Virus record (IMG/VR): IMGVR_UViG_3300032093_000024
Source of the DNA: an uncultured virus (IMG/VR IMGVR_UViG_3300032093_000024)
Taxonomy: Duplodnaviria; Heunggongvirae; Uroviricota; Caudoviricetes
Direction: 5' to 3' (one strand)
Length of the DNA stretch: 20,000 nucleotides
Positions 17,234 through 20,000 of this stretch are shown here, one piece after another. Position numbers and translations under genes: made by a program. The notes under the pieces were generated by a model, which did no database searches, was not told where the DNA came from, and saw only the letters and a program-made list of their open reading frames with translations. How positions within the stretch are numbered: the first letter of the stretch is position 1; every line of letters begins with the position of its first letter.

Positions 17234-18064
17234 CTAGAAATTTAATCCTAATCCGAATTGAGAATAACCTCTAATTGGTTCGTGGTCAAATTTCAAAGTA
17301 AAGTTTTTGAAATCCCTCATTGCTCCAACTTTAATTGATGCAAACTCTGAATAAGATTTAGGGAAGGTAATTTCGCCAATAGCATCTTTACCTCTATATC
17401 TTACTCTTTCATTTCCAAAACCTAACATAGCATGAACACCAGTTCTGCCAAATCTTTTACCAGCTCCTAAATATAAGCTTCGTTTTTTAACTAAATCGTT
17501 TATAAGCGGAAAATCAACTCGTGTGATTGTTCCATACGGAAAGAATGTTGAACGGTCTATTTCATAAGTGGAACTGAAATCCATTACAAAATATCCTCTA
17601 TTACCGATTGTGAAAAATCCACCAATTTGCCTATCAGTTGTTTTGTGTAAACCGAAACTGATAATTGGTTTTTTTCCTTTAATGGTATCTCTCCTACCAT
17701 CTTCGTAAACATATACTCTTTGTGGTTGTCTATATCCCCAATCATTCCAATAAAATGAAGGTGTATAGAAATTCCAACCAAATGCAGGTGCTCCCCACAT
17801 ATTCCATCTATTCCAACCCCATCCCCAACCCCAATCATTCCATAACCAAGGGTTATTGTTAATGATTATGTTAGAGCCTGGTTTTGTTGGTTGTGGCCTG
17901 TTAAATTCTCTAGGTGAAGAATTTCTCCACATACTTACATCACTTCTTTGTCCCATTATTGATGGACCTGATGGTGATGCTGATGGTGGATTACTTCTCC
18001 AAGAAGAGACTTGAGAAAATGCCACCATTGGTAGTAACATTATTAAGAATAAAATCTTTTTCAT
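17234..18064 (-). CDS. secreted protein with Trp/Gly-rich segment and probable small outer-membrane beta-barrel
   Basis: Signal peptide MKKILFLIMLLPMVAFS-Q; WLWNDWGWGWGWNRWNMWG tract; C-terminal strands ending YSQFGLGLNF (terminal Phe). Confidence 0.7.
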   Translation of the reverse strand: MKKILFLIMLLPMVAFSQVSSWRSNPPSASPSGPSIMGQRSDVSMWRNSSPREFNRPQPTKPGSNIIINNNPWLWNDWGWGWGWNRWNMWGAPAFGWNFYTPSFYWNDWGYRQPQRVYVYEDGRRDTIKGKKPIISFGLHKTTDRQIGGFFTIGNRGYFVMDFSSTYEIDRSTFFPYGTITRVDFPLINDLVKKRSLYLGAGKRFGRTGVHAMLGFGNERVRYRGKDAIGEITFPKSYSEFASIKVGAMRDFKNFTLKFDHEPIRGYSQFGLGLNF

Positions 18065-18068
18065 AAGT

Positions 18069-18074
18069 CCTCCT
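18069..18074 (-). promoter_or_regulatory. Shine-Dalgarno-like AGGAGG
   Basis: + strand cctcct, 4 nt from ATG 18064. Confidence 0.4.
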
Positions 18075-18086
18075 TTTTTAGTTACC

Positions 18087-18095
18087 TATAAATAT
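18087..18095 (-). promoter_or_regulatory. conserved intergenic motif ATATTTATA, putative late promoter
   Basis: + strand tataaatat, 22 nt upstream of ATG 18064, directly after the terminator T-tract. Confidence 0.55.
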
Positions 18096-18123
18096 AAAAA
18101 AAGGGAGTTTAATACTCCCTTTT
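18096..18123 (-). terminator. intrinsic terminator (possibly bidirectional)
   Basis: Perfect inverted repeat aaaagggagt (18099-18108) / actccctttt (18114-18123), 5-nt loop, 7-T run on the minus strand; about 20 nt after the lipoprotein stop. Confidence 0.85.
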
Positions 18124-18143
18124 AATTTTTCTTTAACAACTTA

Positions 18144-19349
18144 TTAAAACCCTTTTGATGGGAATCTAGTCCATCCATTACTCCATACAGGTTTAGAAAG
18201 TGTTTCTAATTCTGATTTTGTATAAGTTTTTTCTACATTTCCTTCTCCCAATGCTTTTTCTTTCATTTGAGCTGCGGTGAAAATAGTTGATGTAGATTTG
18301 AAATTTAGAAGCGGGTCAAACGCTTGAATTTCGTTGTTAAGAAATTTAGAAACCCCATCTTTGTATGCCTGTGCGGTTTCGTTACTTTCAATAGAGAATG
18401 CTCCCTTCTGATAACCCAATACCTTTGAGTTTGTTATTGTGAATTGCGTTGCACGTCTCCATCTTAAACCTAAATTGTGGTTTGATAATGCGGTTGCATC
18501 AAATGGTCCAATAAGAATCATACCATTTAATTTAGGATGTGTAAAAGGTTGTGCAGTTGAACCCGTTCCATCGTTATCACATTCTACACCATTTCCAGCA
18601 TCACCATTATCTACAAATTGTGGGTCTCTCTTTGCCACACCATTTGTTACAGTTCCAGTATATCCAAAATCAAAATCGTAATCATCATCTGCGGTTGCAT
18701 ATGCGTATAGATTTTTAGGTGATACAGTTCCACCAAAGAATTCAAATGCATCATCATTAGCGTAGATAGTTTGAACATTCTCAATGATTGTTCCACTACC
18801 AACTCCACCTAAAGTTAGTGCGTTAATTTCAGAGTTTGGCATTGCTGCAATACCAGCATATTCAATTCTTACATATTTTAGAACACCACTATTATCGTTG
18901 TCCAAAGTTCCACCATAAGCTCTACCTACACCACCTTCAATAGTTGGTTCAGTTGCTCTATTGGTTTTAGCCATACCCAATATTACAATACCACCCCAAT
19001 CACCAGGTGCTCTTTGACCTTCTGGTTTGCCTGAAGTGAATACGATTGGTTTTGTTGGAGTTCCTTCCGCAATGATTTGTGCACCTCTTTCAATAATCAA
19101 TGCGCCTTTCTCAGCAATATCAGATACGATTGTTGTTCCAGGCTGAATGATAAGACGTGACCCATTTGTGATATAAACATATCCTTTTAATGTCCACACT
19201 TTATCTGCTGTTAGAGTGATAGTTTCTTGGTAAGTTCCATTAAGTGTTGTTGTAAGTGGAACATTGATTGGTCTATCATCACCACCCAAGTCTTTATTAC
19301 AACTACTAAATAATCCTAATAATAAAATGATTGCTAATAGCTTTCTCAT
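18144..19349 (-). CDS. surface lipoprotein, beta-helix (pectin-lyase-like) family typically paired with a TonB-dependent receptor
   Basis: Lipobox LGLFSS-C followed by NKDLGGDD; motifs LIIQPGT, IIAEGTPTKPIVFTS, WGGIVILG, NSGVLKYVRIEYAG, EINALTLGGVGSGT, DDAFEFFGG, DDDYDFDFG. Confidence 0.8.
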   Translation of the reverse strand: MRKLLAIILLLGLFSSCNKDLGGDDRPINVPLTTTLNGTYQETITLTADKVWTLKGYVYITNGSRLIIQPGTTIVSDIAEKGALIIERGAQIIAEGTPTKPIVFTSGKPEGQRAPGDWGGIVILGMAKTNRATEPTIEGGVGRAYGGTLDNDNSGVLKYVRIEYAGIAAMPNSEINALTLGGVGSGTIIENVQTIYANDDAFEFFGGTVSPKNLYAYATADDDYDFDFGYTGTVTNGVAKRDPQFVDNGDAGNGVECDNDGTGSTAQPFTHPKLNGMILIGPFDATALSNHNLGLRWRRATQFTITNSKVLGYQKGAFSIESNETAQAYKDGVSKFLNNEIQAFDPLLNFKSTSTIFTAAQMKEKALGEGNVEKTYTKSELETLSKPVWSNGWTRFPSKGF

Positions 19350-20000
19350 AGATTCAAATTTAATGTTAATGAAATCGTTTGTTCGTTGTTTGTTTTTATT
19401 AGATTTCGGTTTTGTAACTTTTGGTAATAGATTGATGGTTGCGCAAATACATCACCTATTGCCAATTTTATTTCTCCTTTCGGAAGTTTATGTAAAAGAG
19501 TTATATCCAATACATCTCTACTATTTTCAAAAATGTTTGGGTAACCCTGAAATCCTACTGCTGATATTCTATCTCCAACTCTATTGTAAGTTAAGTTAAT
19601 AGTATTGTTTTTTTTGTGAATGTTTATTCCTGCGTTTAACACATAGTTTGATTGTCCCTGCAATTGTCTTTTTACACCATTCACTTCTACTTCTGAATTC
19701 ATTACCGAAGCATTTGTGTAGAAATCAAACCAACCATTTATTTTCTTTCTTAATTCAAACTCTAAACCATATAGGATAGCTGAATTAGGATTTGTGTAAG
19801 TTAATAATAAGTTTGATGGAACTGAACCATCTGCTACAATTTGTTCAATTGGTTTAATGAAGTTCTTGCCAAATAGAGAAAATGAAATGTTCTCACCTAC
19901 CTTTGGATACCATTCGTATTTAAGGTCTACATTATATATGTCAGATTTTTCTAACTTTGAGTTTCCTAATATTTGTGCGTTTCTTACAAAATCATAATAA
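19346..20000 (-). CDS. TonB-dependent receptor, C-terminal part (gene starts beyond the right edge)
   Basis: The 118-aa track ORF extends in frame to the edge: YYDFVRNAQILGNSKLEKSDIYNVDLKYEWYPKVGENISFSLFGKNFIKPIEQ...YGLEFELRKK...RQLQGQSNYVLNAG...YNRVGDRI, typical TBDR barrel motifs; ATGA overlap with the lipoprotein. Confidence 0.88.
   Translation of the reverse strand, partial: YYDFVRNAQILGNSKLEKSDIYNVDLKYEWYPKVGENISFSLFGKNFIKPIEQIVADGSVPSNLLLTYTNPNSAILYGLEFELRKKINGWFDFYTNASVMNSEVEVNGVKRQLQGQSNYVLNAGINIHKKNNTINLTYNRVGDRISAVGFQGYPNIFENSRDVLDITLLHKLPKGEIKLAIGDVFAQPSIYYQKLQNRNLIKTNNEQTISLTLNLNL

Noticed and set aside
16406..17838. Nested minus-strand ORFs 16406-16747 (K/R/H-rich) and 17584-17838
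   Set aside because: Alternate-frame readings of low-complexity tracts inside longer genes.
1009..19599. All plus-strand ORFs in the track (e.g. 1009-1368, 5126-5563, 13524-13958, 16413-16646, 19264-19599)
   Set aside because: They lie antisense to well-supported minus-strand genes and have shadow-like composition with no recognisable motifs.
1..20000. Stop-codon reassignment as seen in some Bacteroidota phages
   Set aside because: Standard code gives near-complete coding density, and TAG (12923, 17234) and TGA (14499, 19346) end genes at sensible boundaries.
1..20000. tRNA, rRNA, intron, intein or mobile element
   Set aside because: Intergenic gaps are under 80 nt and explained by other features; no integrase, transposase, homing endonuclease or intein motifs were recognised.

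Overview
AT-rich, gene-dense window with all credible genes on the minus strand and standard genetic code. It looks like part of a large T4-like (myovirus-type) phage, most likely infecting Bacteroidota (two signal peptides end just before Gln, a Bacteroidota-type lipoprotein, a TonB-dependent receptor). In transcription order (right to left): (1) an envelope cassette (TonB-dependent receptor C-terminus, surface lipoprotein, terminator, two secreted beta-barrel-like proteins, one membrane-anchored beta-rich protein); (2) five coupled genes that all start with a 10-residue leader ending in Glu, resembling the T4 capsid-targeting sequence, including a DNA-glycosylase-fold candidate and a cysteine Ntn-hydrolase whose nucleophile directly follows the leader; (3) a baseplate module (gp5-like spike candidate, CHAP and lysozyme proteins sharing a duplicated linker, gp25-like and gp6-like wedge proteins, further probable structural proteins). 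A 9-nt motif (ATATTTATA on the coding strand) occurs in all five intergenic gaps of 16 nt or more. All family calls come from reading motifs by eye; no searches were run.
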